DNA from: Cirrosporium novae-zelandiae
Taxonomy: Eukaryota
DNA length: 64,000 nt
Reading direction: 5' to 3'
Assembly (NCBI GenBank): GCA_026023565.1
Contig: JAPETS010000013.1
Location: forward strand, 248,001-312,000
Positions within the stretch are counted from its first letter, which is position 1; each line of letters begins with the position of its first letter. The translations under genes and the position numbers were made by a program. The notes beneath the pieces are model-generated. The model was not told the origin of the DNA. It saw only the letters and a program-made list of their open reading frames with translations, and did not search any database. Of the stretch, positions 12,493-24,597 are shown one piece after another.

Positions 12493-13170
12493 GTTGGTTC
12501 AAAGGATAAGTATTGGAATTCAATTGATCATATTCTACCAAGACAAGTGTCAGCCAAAATACAGTCTTTGTTGATAAAATAAAGGATTTTGTGAAATGGT
12601 CTCAGGGGACTAATGTCTCAGCCTCTAAAAGGATTGAATTGTCTTACCTACCTAGGTATATTCAAAGTGAAGGATTTCAATCACGGGGGGGGGGGGGGGG
12701 ATACTGGAATAATTAATCAGATCCAGATGGAACGATCAAGGTATCCCAGGGGAGATATTTGAGAGTTGAACGAGGGGCGACAGTTCTAGATTAGGAAGCG
12801 TAACTATGGAGGTTGATTCCAAAAAAGTGCTTACAGCTTGTGAATAGTGCAGATCGTTCGTTGGTAAAGTGATAAAAGGAGGGGCCGAATGACCGTTTGA
12901 TTGTCAGTTTGGTGGGACAATGGCACCTCAACCAAGATACTTAGTAACTCGATAGTATAGTTACAACTCGAAATCTCAAGGTGATATAAAAGAAAGAATA
13001 GGAGAAATTACTAGTATGAGTAATTATTTAATGTACTAGGTCTAAATGATTGTCTATTTTTCTTTACTTTAAAGGTCAGACCAGGTTTTTGGGGGGGAGG
13101 GGGGGATTTGTTGGTAAGATTTGATACAGGATTGATACCATGAAACATACACAGGTACTACCGGTACGAG

Positions 13171-13217
13171 TACGAAAGTACGAAAGTACGAAAGTACGAA
13201 AGTATGAAAGTATGAAA
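13171..13217. repeat. (TACGAAAG/TATGAAAG)n 8-bp minisatellite
   Basis: About 6 tandem units seen directly. Confidence 0.85.
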
Positions 13218-14175
13218 ATGATCCTTTGAAATTGGTGACGAGTCGACGACGCTGAGCCCCGTTAATAGTCAACTAAAAGCAAAAGCCAGGTCTCAGTTCG
13301 AACTAGGTTAAGGGAAGCCAAGCCTATTCATGGGCTTGGAAAAGGCCATTCAACCCCCAACAGGCGGCCTAATAATTTATAAGAAGGAACAGCAGGGAAG
13401 GCGGGAGTGGCGGGGCATTTCCAACAATAACAAGCTTTTTAGTGGCTTTAGTTCGTCTACTCTGTGATAAGTCTCGGAGATGTTGATCTTCTTTAGCTCT
13501 CGTCCTTGTTTTTCCATTTCCCCTTTAGAAATTTGGAAACTGTACAAACTGTACTGTGGTACAGTACAGGCTACTGTATATAAACAATCTAACTAGATTT
13601 CTGCCCGACATCATTTGTGCGGGACGGTCGGGAAACACGGACTCTCCTGTTTCCAGTAGCCGATTCCACTTAGACTAATTAGTCTAGTATGCAGTAGCCA
13701 AAGATCCCATGACGGCCCGCACTATCAAGCCGTGACTAGCCTAAGGCACACGGTACTTGGCACCTTTCTCAAGACTTGTGAATTAGATTGATTATATAAT
13801 TAATTACAGAACATGTGCAAGCTTCTGTTTTGGGATTAGTCCAGTATCATTCCTTGCCTCCTTTAAGTTTGAATAAGCCGAGAGGGTCTCGTCACAACAA
13901 AGAAGGGATCAATAGATGTCCTGTGTAAGTAGGTACCTAGGGAGATATGTAAATTATAAACGATAAATTAGTCTATAAATTGTAAATTTTGAATTACAAC
14001 TAATTTGGTATTGTACTGGTACAATCTCCTTCTTTACCGAACCAAAATATCAATGTTCATTCCAACGCCGTATTATTTTATCCCGGGAATTCAATAGATT
14101 CACTTTCCTTTAGTGTCTAGGTACTGTGGTATATTATTATTCATTATCGGAATAGTTTACGCAGGATCAGCCGAA

Positions 14176-17100
14176 ATGCAAAGTTCCGATCCGCAATTTC
14201 ATCATCCATACACGCCGTACGAAATTCAACTGGAGTTTATGAAAAATGTATATGATTGTATTGAGGATGGCAAAGTAGCTATTCTAGAGTCTCCAACAGG
14301 TACAATTATCATTCCTTATATTTTCTAACAAGACTTTATACTGACAAACCTAGGAACTGTAAGATATCCATGTCAATTTGCCCAGCATCCCACTCACCAC
14401 TATAGCACTCATAGTTCAAAATATCCACCTTCCCTTTTGTTTCTATCAACTAAACGTCTGTTTTGCTTCTTTGTATCTTTTGGGTGACGGATTCGCCCCC
14501 TCTAAATGTGGTACTGTTGAATTGAATAACGCCTAAAGATTCTCCCAAGATTTTGGCAGGAGTATAATATGTGGATCCAAGGAACAGCAAATCATATTAA
14601 ACATTTTGTTCTTTCAGACCAGCATAATCATTGCAGATCGTTGTATGCTGATCTAATACCCCTAAAAACAGGGCAAATCTCTAAGCCTGATTTGCGGTTC
14701 TCTCACGTGGCTTCGAGATCACAAGCGTCGAGCTTTAGACGATGCAATTGAACCAGATCCACCAGAAGACGACGATGTCCCCCAGTGGCTTCTTGATCAC
14801 TCTCGCCAGCAAAGGCGTACTACGATTCTCAGCCAGCGCAAAGAGTTAGAAGAACGACTGGCAAGAATACGCGCAGAAGAAGAGAGACGTTGGAATAAAC
14901 TCAAAGATGGGCCCCCACGGTCAAAGAAGATGGTATGTATGCTGTCTTCTAGCTCCTCCCTCTTGTTCCAATTACGACACTGACAAGACACCAAGAAACT
15001 GGATGGGGGTGACGAAGAAGATGGGGATGAAGCTCGATTTGCCCTCGATGACTATGAAAGTGATGATGATCGTGTCCAAAAAAAGATATACGCAGACAAC
15101 GGGTTGCCAGAAGGGCTCTCGGCAAGCACGCAAGCCCTCCTAAGCAAGCTGGGCGTTGGCACCACCACCAAGAAGGAAGAAGATCTTGAACCCGACGAAC
15201 TCAAAATCTTCTACTGTTCGCGAACGCATTCCCAACTCTCTCAATTCGTTGCCGAACTTAGAAGAGTGCAGTTTCCTGCTTCGATTCCAGAAGCGCTTTC
15301 TTCCGATCTTGGCCATACAAACAAAGAGGAGGATCCAACTGAAGTGGTTAAGGAGATCTCCTTGGGCTCCCGCAAAACTATCTGTATCAACCCCAAAGTC
15401 CAGAAGCTCAATTCCGCCACCGCAATCAACGAGCGATGTCTCGAGCTCCAGTCATCCACCCCCACCTCAACCTCGCAAAAATGTCCGTACCTTCCCACCC
15501 GGGAGAACGAAGACCTGACACACGCATTCCGAGACCACGCCATTGCAAAAATAAGAGACATTGAAGACCTAGGCCAACTCGGGAAGCAGATCGGAATATG
15601 CCCTTACTACGCGAGCAGAGAAGCCATCCGACCCGCCGAAATAGTCACGCTTCCATATCCTTTACTACTACAAAAATCTGCAAGGGAAGCATTGAACCTC
15701 AGCCTCAAAGACCACGTTATCATCATCGACGAGGCGCACAACCTCATGGACACGATCAGCAGCATCCACTCCATCACTGTTACTCTTTACCAGATAAAGC
15801 AGGCCAGGGAGCAACTGGTGATATATCTCCAGAAATTCCGGAATCGTCTCAAGGGCAAGAACAGGGTGTATGTCACACAGATGATTCGGCTTCTCGACTC
15901 CCTAGGTGAATATCTCCAGGGCAAAGAGAAAGCAGGACTTGGGAAGAAAGGTGTGATGGACGGCGAAGCCAAGAGCTCAGACCTGCTAGCTGGGAAAGGG
16001 GTCGATCAGATAAACCTCTACAAACTCTCCAAGTACCTACAAGAAAGCAAACTCGCCCGCAAGGTGGACGGATACATAACACACGTGCAAGAGGCCTCCG
16101 CAAAAATATCAAAAGTGCCATCGCACCAAAATGAAAGAAACAAGGACACCACCGAAAAGGAAACGCGCAACACCATCCCAACCCTAACACACATCCAATC
16201 CCTATTGCTCCCCCTTACGAACCCCTCTCGCGAAGGGCGCTTCTTCTTCACCAGCACGCCGACCTCCACATCCCTAAAATACATGCTCCTAGACCCAACC
16301 GCACACTTCCGCACCATCGTCGAAGAAGCGCGCACGGTGATCCTAGCCGGCGGCACCATGAGCCCCATGAGCGATTACAAGCAGCATCTATTCGGATACC
16401 TGCCCCCCGAACGGCTTCGCACATACAGCTTCGGTCACGTAATCCCCAAGAGTAATCTCGTGGCCATGCCAATAGAACGAGGCATCCGGGGCGCAGAAAT
16501 GATCTTCACGTTCGAGAAACGGAACGACACAGCACTAATCGACGAGCTGGGCGAAACCCTTTGCGATATCTGCCGCACGATTCCCGATGGCGTGGTCGTA
16601 TTCTTTCCAAGCTACAACCTCCTCTCACTATACGCAGACCGTTGGCACCAACCCCGTCCCCACAACAAAAACAACAAATCCCCCACCCCCACCTCCATCT
16701 GGGCCACCCTTACAAGCCAAAAATCCGTCTTCCAAGAATCCCAAACCCCAACCCCCACCGTCGACACGATCCTAACCGCCTACTCCGAATCCATTGCACA
16801 GGGCAAAGGCGGACTCCTCCTCAGCGTCGTCGGCGGCAAGATGTCGGAAGGGATAAACTTCTCCGACTCGCTCGGCCGTGGGGTCGTCATCGTGGGTCTT
16901 CCATTCCCAAACATCCACTCCGCGGAATGGAAAGCCCGACTCCGGTATATCGAAAATAAAGTCTTTGATGACCTCTCCTCCTCTTCTACTACTTCCAAAG
17001 ACAACAATACAACTACATCGACGCAAAAACGCACCCAGTCCCAAGCCGCCGCCCGCGACTTCTACGAAAACGCCTGCATGCGAGCTGTAAACCAATGCGT

Positions 17101-17323
17101 GGGTCGAGCCATCAGACATAAAAACGATTATGCGGCGATTATTCTCTTGGATAAGCGGTATGGGGGTGAGAGGATTAGGGGGAAGTTGCCTGGTTGGATT
17201 CGGGAGAGTTTGGTTGGGGGGAAGGGTGGGGGTGATTGGGGGAGTGGAGGAAGTGGCGGGATGAGGTGGGACGGGGAGGGGAGGGAGGGGGTTGGGAGGT
17301 TTTTTCGTGATAGGGTTGAGTAG
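14176..17323 (+). CDS. CHL1: ATP-dependent DNA helicase Chl1/DDX11 (XPD family)
   Basis: [11 protein letters not shown], spliced Walker [24 protein letters not shown], Fe-S cluster Cys residues, [45 protein letters not shown]. Confidence 0.95.
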
Positions 17324-18842
17324 AGTGAGAAATGATGTGTATATAATAATATACACCCATATATGCATACCTACCTACAATAAGATCCAGTCTAATAAAA
17401 AAAACCCAACCTCCATCCCCACCATCATTCCATCCCATCCCATTTATGTGTATATTTTATGTATATAAAATCCAAATATTCCCTCATCGTTATAAACCAA
17501 CTTCTCTTTTTTTCTCCTAAAAAGCCCCCCTCCCTAATAGTCCATAAAGAAACCTACAATAAAAATCCGTTCTTAATCTAATCTTATCTAATCTGATAGA
17601 AAAAAACCCAACTTCAATATATATATATATATACTAAATTAACCACCACCAATTCCATTTATGTTTATGTTTATGTTTATAAAAATCCAAATATCCAACT
17701 TGTCCTCTCCTCTCCTTTCCTCCCAGCTAACAAATACCCCCATCCCTTCATATTTCCATTCGTCCCCCCTCCCCCCTAAACCGACTTAACTAATAATTAT
17801 CCGCGTATCGGCGTATTCGCAATCGATATTTAAATTTGATTTCCGGATACAAAAATACGACATATAGTCTACATGCATGTATCATGTAGACTATATATAA
17901 TCCACAATCCATCCCGTAGCTAAACACCCAAGTATCTGAACAAACAAGTTAGACCTAACGAGTTTAATGGTGTATGTATATATATCAAATCCAATTCAAC
18001 AAAAAATTAAATTGTTACTACTACTATACTGTCTGTCTGTGTGTCTCTGTCATAAAAAAAAAACAAGTAATCCACATTCCCTTAAAATCTCAGAAGTCAA
18101 AATAATGCGTAAAATCCGTAATTTTTGCTAATGCAAAAAAGTTAAGTAGCTTCTAGCTAAGTCTAGCTAGTTAAGCTAGGTGTTAAAGGTAAGGTAGAGG
18201 TAAGTAAAGGGTAGTTGTGGTAGTTGTGATAGTGGTAGTGGTGATAAGACAACAGGAAAAGAAAAAACACACGTTTGACAAGTCAAGTCAGCTCTGATTT
18301 CTCAATAAAAAGAGATAAGAGAGATAAAATAATGTTCTGCCGTTGAATATAAAAATCGACGACGGTAGCACAGATAAGATTGTAAAAAGTTTCAGCCTTC
18401 CCCCTAAGACTGCGCTCATTCAGAACATTCCCATTTCTCAGGTTTTCCTACTTCGTTTTCTGAAGCCCTCTAGCGAGAAAAATCCCACAGATGATGGCTC
18501 AGGTAAAAAAAAAAAAGGACAACAAGTAAATAAGAACGCAAGGGATAAAAAAAAACACATAAGATAATAATTCACAGTTGTGGGTGAAGTAATAGGATAA
18601 AAAACGCCGAAATACGCCTTTTTCTGTCCATAGATATTTCCCATTCCCTAAACCCGTTCGCTAAGACATCAGTACAAAGTATCAAACCCAGAGAAAACTC
18701 TCTGTAAAGATTCCGAAACCTTGGATTTCCATCCCAAACCCGTCAAAAAAGCAAGCCGACCCAGCAGGTATTTCTTAAAAAGACTTTAGGCTTTGAAGTT
18801 GGATCCATTTTCTCATGCATGATAATGCTTGGATCCCAATCC

Positions 18843-20256
18843 TCAACTTTGTTTGACTTCGTTTTCATCGGAAAAAGGCCCTTGGTCCTTGTCATCCTTG
18901 GTCTTGTCTATTGTGTATGACCTCTCGCTTGCTGAACTCCCCATCATGCTCGCTCGCTTAACAGCCTCCTCTAATATCTTTGGGAGCATAGTGGGACCGT
19001 CTCCAGATGGGCTTATGGGCGAAAATGGACTTTGTTTAGTGGCTGGCGAGTCTTCGATGATTGTGACAGGTGAAACACCGGAATCAGGAGCGGCGGAAGA
19101 TAGGCTTTTTGCTGGCGACTTGCCCTTGTTAGACGGGCTAGCTTCATCTTTAGGATCCGGAATATCAGAAGCAGATGTAGCAAGAGATAGATTTGAAGTT
19201 TTCGTTTTGGCAGTCTTCCCAGATGGAGTACGATTTATCACTTTTACCGATTTGGCAGAGACCGCATGGGCTAAAATAGGCGAATTCATATTTTTCAGAG
19301 ACATCTGAGAGTGTTGAGGTGCAATTGCAGGAACAGGAGGCGCATCCGATGACGAAGTACCAGGGCGAGTAGGCGTTGTTGATCCACTGGTGCTGGATTT
19401 GACAGACACCACGGCAGCTTTGCCGCGTAGAGCAGTTGTGGCTGGAACTGGACTGATAATTGCATTGTTCCGATAGATTGTTGTTGCGACACTGCTTCGG
19501 GCAAGACTAGGAGCTATGCTGTTGCGATAAGAATCATCGGTTGTACCTGACCAAGTAGAATCCCGGATATTTCCAGGTACAAAGAAATGTTGATCTTGTT
19601 GGTAGTTGGGAGTCGATAGCGAACTGGCTGTAGTTCCAGCAGGAAGTGGTGGCACGGGAGGAACAAGAAGACCTGGAGTTGAAACAGGAGAACGATTGGT
19701 CACGCCAGGAATGTAGGCGATTTGAATGATATTGGAAGCCCGAGTCAGAACCGTTGAAGCGATCGAAGCGACAGTATGTGTGGATGCTCTGGCATTTCGT
19801 TGCATCGTAAACTCATCCTTCTCCGTTCCTTCGTCTTGCCACTGAGTAGTTTGTTCTTCATATTGTCGTCTTCGGTTTTTGATGCAAAACTTCCATACAA
19901 AGTATGTGATGAGGCCAATCACCAATATACCACCTATGACACCACCTGCAATAGCACCTGCAATCTGACCTTTACTAGGACCCGATGATTCATTTGATGA
20001 TGATGATGATGATGAAGTTGTGGAACCAAGAATACTGGATTTAACGCAAGATGTTGATGGGCAGGATTTACACGTTTGAACAGAAAGTGAGCAGGTCTCA
20101 TCGGTATCGCATGATGGACAAGATGGACTAGTATTCGGACATTGAACGCATCGTCTGAAAAGCATCCTCATCGAGGGATCAAAGTCTAGAAGTAATGTAA
20201 GTCTTACACCAGGACATATTAGAAGACAATGACCAACCTGTACCTGGAAACTCCAT
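18843..20256 (-). CDS. OPY2: Membrane anchor Opy2 (Cys-rich N-terminal domain, single TM, Ser-rich tail)
   Basis: Exon 1 MEFP (20256-20244), intron, then CVQCPNTSPSCPSCDTDETCSLSVQTCKSCPSTSC, TM IAGAIAGGVIGGILVIGLITYFVW, and ASTVLTRASNIIQIAYIPGVT. Confidence 0.85.
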
Positions 20257-21774
20257 TATTCCGACGTAACGAAGTCAGCCTTTTTGTCTCGGTGTGACAA
20301 GAAAAGAGCGAGTAGTTGAGATCAGCGAACGGGGATGATCGCAAAGGCTGGTCGGACGACAATTGGGTTTTGGATACTAGGTGTGGCACGGATGTCTCGA
20401 ATGGGGAAAAGATTGTCAAAAAGATGGGCTCCAGGCCACAGAAGAATTGAATGAATGATAGTTGAATAAAATGAAATGGAAATGAAAATAAAATCGTAAA
20501 GGTGTCAAGGGATTGATGGTGGTTCTGTTAGAATAAAGAAATCGTCGTTCTCGTAAAGTGAGGTTAAGTCTCGGCTCCTCCTAGGATCGTCACAAAGCGA
20601 ATGTGTCTCAAAAGGTTTGCGTGTCGATCTATGTCATGCTGCGATCATGATTTGAAACCGACAAGATGAGAAATGGTTAAAAGAGCGGATGCAGTTTGAC
20701 CATCAGATGATTTCGAAGTTGATGGTTGGTGGGAGGGAGGTACAGACGCGGGCGGGAGATTGTCGATCAGGGCTCAGGTTCGGGCTTAATGGCGACGACG
20801 GGGCCACAAGGGAGAAGGTTTGAACGGCTGAACGGTATCCAAAGCGGGCGAAAAAAAGGAACGAGAAGTAATATGTGTGGACCTGTGGATTTCGGATTTC
20901 GTATATTGTGGCTGGAGGTTTTGTCGACAATGCTCAGTGAAAGAAAGGTGGGTGGGATGTGGGATAGTGGAGGAAAGAAGGGTGAGGTGATGAAAGAGTG
21001 GTTGTGTTATTGTGTGGTGTTAATTGTGATAATTAAAAGGTGATTAAATGATTAATGAGACTAAGCAGATACGAAGTTCCTGATCTGGATGTAGCTGTGA
21101 GACCCCTCGAAGCCAAGCTTGGGAAAATACTTCTAAGGATGGCGTGGATGGGTAGGGATGAGCAAGGATGGGCAAGGGCGTGGATGGCACTGGCCGAACA
21201 ATTAAAATTGGGAGGGGCATCCAAAATTACAACCCCGGGTTCAATGGCCAATTATCTTTGGGCTCCACAAAAATCAAAATATACGGCGCTAGTCATGCTC
21301 CTAGATTCTCTCCTAATAACCAACTACATGGCAATACTTATATAAAAAAGAGAAGAAAGAAAAGAAAAAAAAAAGCATTATCCATAGAACTCCTATGTCA
21401 ATCTCTGACAGACATAAATTATTATTTAGTAACTAAACTATAGGATAGAGATTCAGCTTTGATTGTCACCATTTTCTATAAGATATGCTTTATCCACAAT
21501 TCACATGTCAGTTTGAAGCCAACATAGATTTGTTTTTATACTTGCCAGGGTAGCACTGTTCTCATTGTACCCTTCCATAAGATCTCTAGGGTGACCCCCA
21601 ATCTTAGTTCCTACATGCTAATACCTCAACCCATAATGTCTTTTGAATTGGCTTCTGTGTCTAAAAATTGTTGCAGGGCTGTCTTAACTAGTTTGAATCT
21701 TGATGCTGAAAAAAAAAAGAAAAAAAAAAAAAACAGATCGATCATCTTGGATCTTACCTTCCTTGGGCTCTTTC

Positions 21775-22560
21775 TCAGACCCTCCATGTGTTTTTTTGGG
21801 CGGTAGGGCTTCGAAGAGTTTTGAAAGTTGTGGCAATATCGTTGTGCTGTTTCTTCACTGCCATCAAGATATGTGTCTTTACAGTTGAGCTTGTTTTGTC
21901 CCATCTTGTGGCGTTGTCTTCATAATGGCTTTTGTGCCCTTTATGATATACCATGACCTTGAATTGATATGAGGATGGCTGCAATTCGTCAACCATCTAG
22001 GTCAACAGGTTCAAAGGGACAGCGTAAAGGATTGATTTTGTAGGACCAAGGTTTTTGATCTATTGCGGGAATTGCCTCTATCGCTCATTTCTGTGCTAAT
22101 ACAAGTCAGTGTTAAGAAACGAAGCTAATTACAGAATAGAGGCGTTGAATTGATGTACTGACGTGGAGCAGCAATTCCCAACCATGTGGATTTTGCCCAA
22201 GCCCACACGATCAGCGAGGGCGGCTCCTCAAAGGATTCTTTTCGATGTCAAGTAACCCTTTGATAAGAAGTGGTTGATGGAGGTGATTTCGTTCCACGTG
22301 GCATTACCTGATATGTCAAGCATATGTTCAAGTTTGGAGCATTCTTCGATGGATTCTTTAGAGACGGTGGCTCGATATCGAGAAATGGCTTGTCCAAGGA
22401 AACAGTGTCTTTAAACCGATACAACCAAGCCAGTATTTCTTGGTTGTTTCGTCCATACTTTTCGGTGAATCCATTGTTGCGGTTTTGGTTGAATTGTTCT
22501 CGGTCGGTTTTCGGTTACCATATATTAGTAGGACATCTTGGATAAGCGCGTACTTCAAAA
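21775..22560 (-). pseudogene. Degraded SNF2-family helicase fragment
   Basis: Minus strand reads IL*GAALADRVGLGK (22236-22192, motif I-like) and PTKSILYAVPLNLLT*MVDELQPSSYQFKVMVYHKG (motif Ia-like), with in-frame stops at 22230-22228 and 21999-21997 and a residual intron between them. Boundaries are approximate. Confidence 0.6.
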
Positions 22561-23637
22561 AAGGGTCATTTTATGAAGGGGAAAAAAAAGAAAAGAATAG
22601 AAAAAACAAACGAGGATCATTGTTTAAAGAAAAAAAGAAATGGGAAATAGCTGCCTTTCTAAGTGGACAGGGGCAAAAAATAGTGAATGCTCTCAATGAT
22701 GGCAACATGATGACCACATGTATCAAGAAAAAAAGCTTAGGTGGTGAAAGGTGGATGATGCAGGATTAGAAAGTGAATTGGAATTCATAAATTCAAAGTA
22801 GTTTGATGTATCCTCTTAACAAAGCACTTATGTCATAGAACACAGGGAGAACTCTAAATAGGCATATGGTTGTGAAAATCGCCACAATTGTAGTCAATGG
22901 AGATATGAAGAAATAGGACTGAGCAAACAAAGCCAGCTGAACAGTGGCTGATTTGGATAGATAGCCGCCGTATCCGATGCCTGTCCGCCAGTATTGGTAT
23001 TCATTTGTTAGTTATGTTAGGGTCACACACTCATGGAAAGTTGTTTCCCTCAATTTCCGATATTTGCTTTTTTAGTTTTTATTATTTTTATTATTAGTTA
23101 GGGATTGACGTTGTAATGAGTTGCAGGCTCCCTTCTTGGATGTTGTCAAGAACGAGCAGTTGAGAGCAAGTGTTGCCGAGAAACCTGTCTGCATTGTTGT
23201 TGATGTATGACTGGCTCCGAGTGAGGGCACTGCCACAGTAAAGTAGTCTAAATACGAGGGCACAGGGCCAACTGGCAGGATTTTGGTGATGCTGGTGATT
23301 CTGGTGATTTTGGTACTAACTTTGGCTCATCTTGCCTTGGATTTTCAAACCAAGCCTCTGACAAGCAAAGGTTGGTTTCAAGTGGTATGAAATTTCTAGA
23401 ACAGTTTAGCACCAATCTTAGTGTACATCTTTACACCAATCATATCAGGACTTTAGATGACATGATGAGAATGAGGAACAAGGACCAGCTAAAAGTAGAC
23501 GTTCAGGACTGTCACAGACTCACAGACCTTCAGGACATCCAATGAACCACCGCCAATGAACCGCCTCCCCGTGCCCTCCAAAAAGCCAAATTCAGTTAAC
23601 AAAGGTCGCCACAGCGAATCTACTGTACCTAGTATGC

Positions 23638-23751
23638 AAGCGATACCAGCTATACCAGCTATACCAGCTATACCAGCTATACCAGCTATACCAGCGATAC
23701 CAGCGATACAAGCTATACCTATACACCACCACCACCACCACCACCACCACC
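23638..23751. repeat. 9-bp (ATACCAGCT/G)n minisatellite followed by (CAC)n
   Basis: About 8 units of the 9-mer, then about 9 CAC triplets. Confidence 0.9.
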
Positions 23752-24301
23752 TATACAAAAAAGAATAGTAAATAGCCACTCAGGGTAGTATGAAAAAGAA
23801 AAGTCCGATAAACAAGTCAGAAAGTCAGTTGCAGATATAGACGGTAATTTGTAAAGTAATGTTTATTTGGTAATCATCATGGTTAATCTTTTTCTTTGGT
23901 ATACAAAGGAGCATGAACCTTGGATGGCTGAAACTCTTCTCTCTTTCTCTATCCTCATTGATTCCTTAAACTTTCACTTTGTTATTTTTACCGCCGTCAG
24001 TTAAGTCTTTGTATCCTAAGAAGAAAAAGAAAAAAGAAGATCATTGTGAGAAAAGTGAAGTTGTGGCACCATTTAGATGTCTGTAACATTATCGTGACCG
24101 CCTATTTGTCAATCACTAATCCAATCCCCCCCTCCCCCCCCAAAGCCCCCAAGGGTTTAAACGAATAAGCTCCACTATTAAGTCTCTACTCTAAAGTCCT
24201 TTCTGCCCCTGGAAAAACAACAACAACAATTTTCTACTTCAAACTCCGTTAACATCGAACATCTCCTTCGATAACAACGGTAATGACCTTGACCACGACT
24301 A

Positions 24302-24330
24302 CGACCGACCGACCGACCGACCGACCGACC
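24302..24330. repeat. (CGAC)n microsatellite in the chitin synthase 5' region
   Basis: About 7 tandem units. Confidence 0.85.
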
Positions 24331-24597
24331 AGCCATCAACCAACCAACTTCAAGGCTTCATTTTCTTCCTAGGCTTGCGAGGATTTCCGAACCTTTTCCC
24401 TTCCTTACTTTCGCTAGTCTTCTCCGCACTCGCTGCTTGACCTTCATTAAACTTCCACCTAAATACTCAGCATTCCTTCTTGTCCACCTCCCCATAATCT
24501 CATCTATTATAACTCAAGCTGGTCCCCCACATTCCACAACTCCCTAGAGGTTACAACCGTTTTGCGAAATAGCACCTGAATTGTTTTCTCCGTCGCC

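Noticed and set aside
13171..13217. CRISPR-like array
   Set aside because: Simple 8-bp tandem repeat without spacers in a eukaryotic genome.
16772..17368. 198-aa antisense ORF over CHL1 (and similar ORFs opposite GUF1, AspRS and the 7-TM gene)
   Set aside because: Shadow frames caused by codon bias of the real genes; no recognisable motifs.
23489..23779. ORFs encoding (IPA)n + poly-His or poly-Trp + (GIA)n
   Set aside because: Translations of a 9-bp minisatellite and (CAC)n; no other sign of coding.
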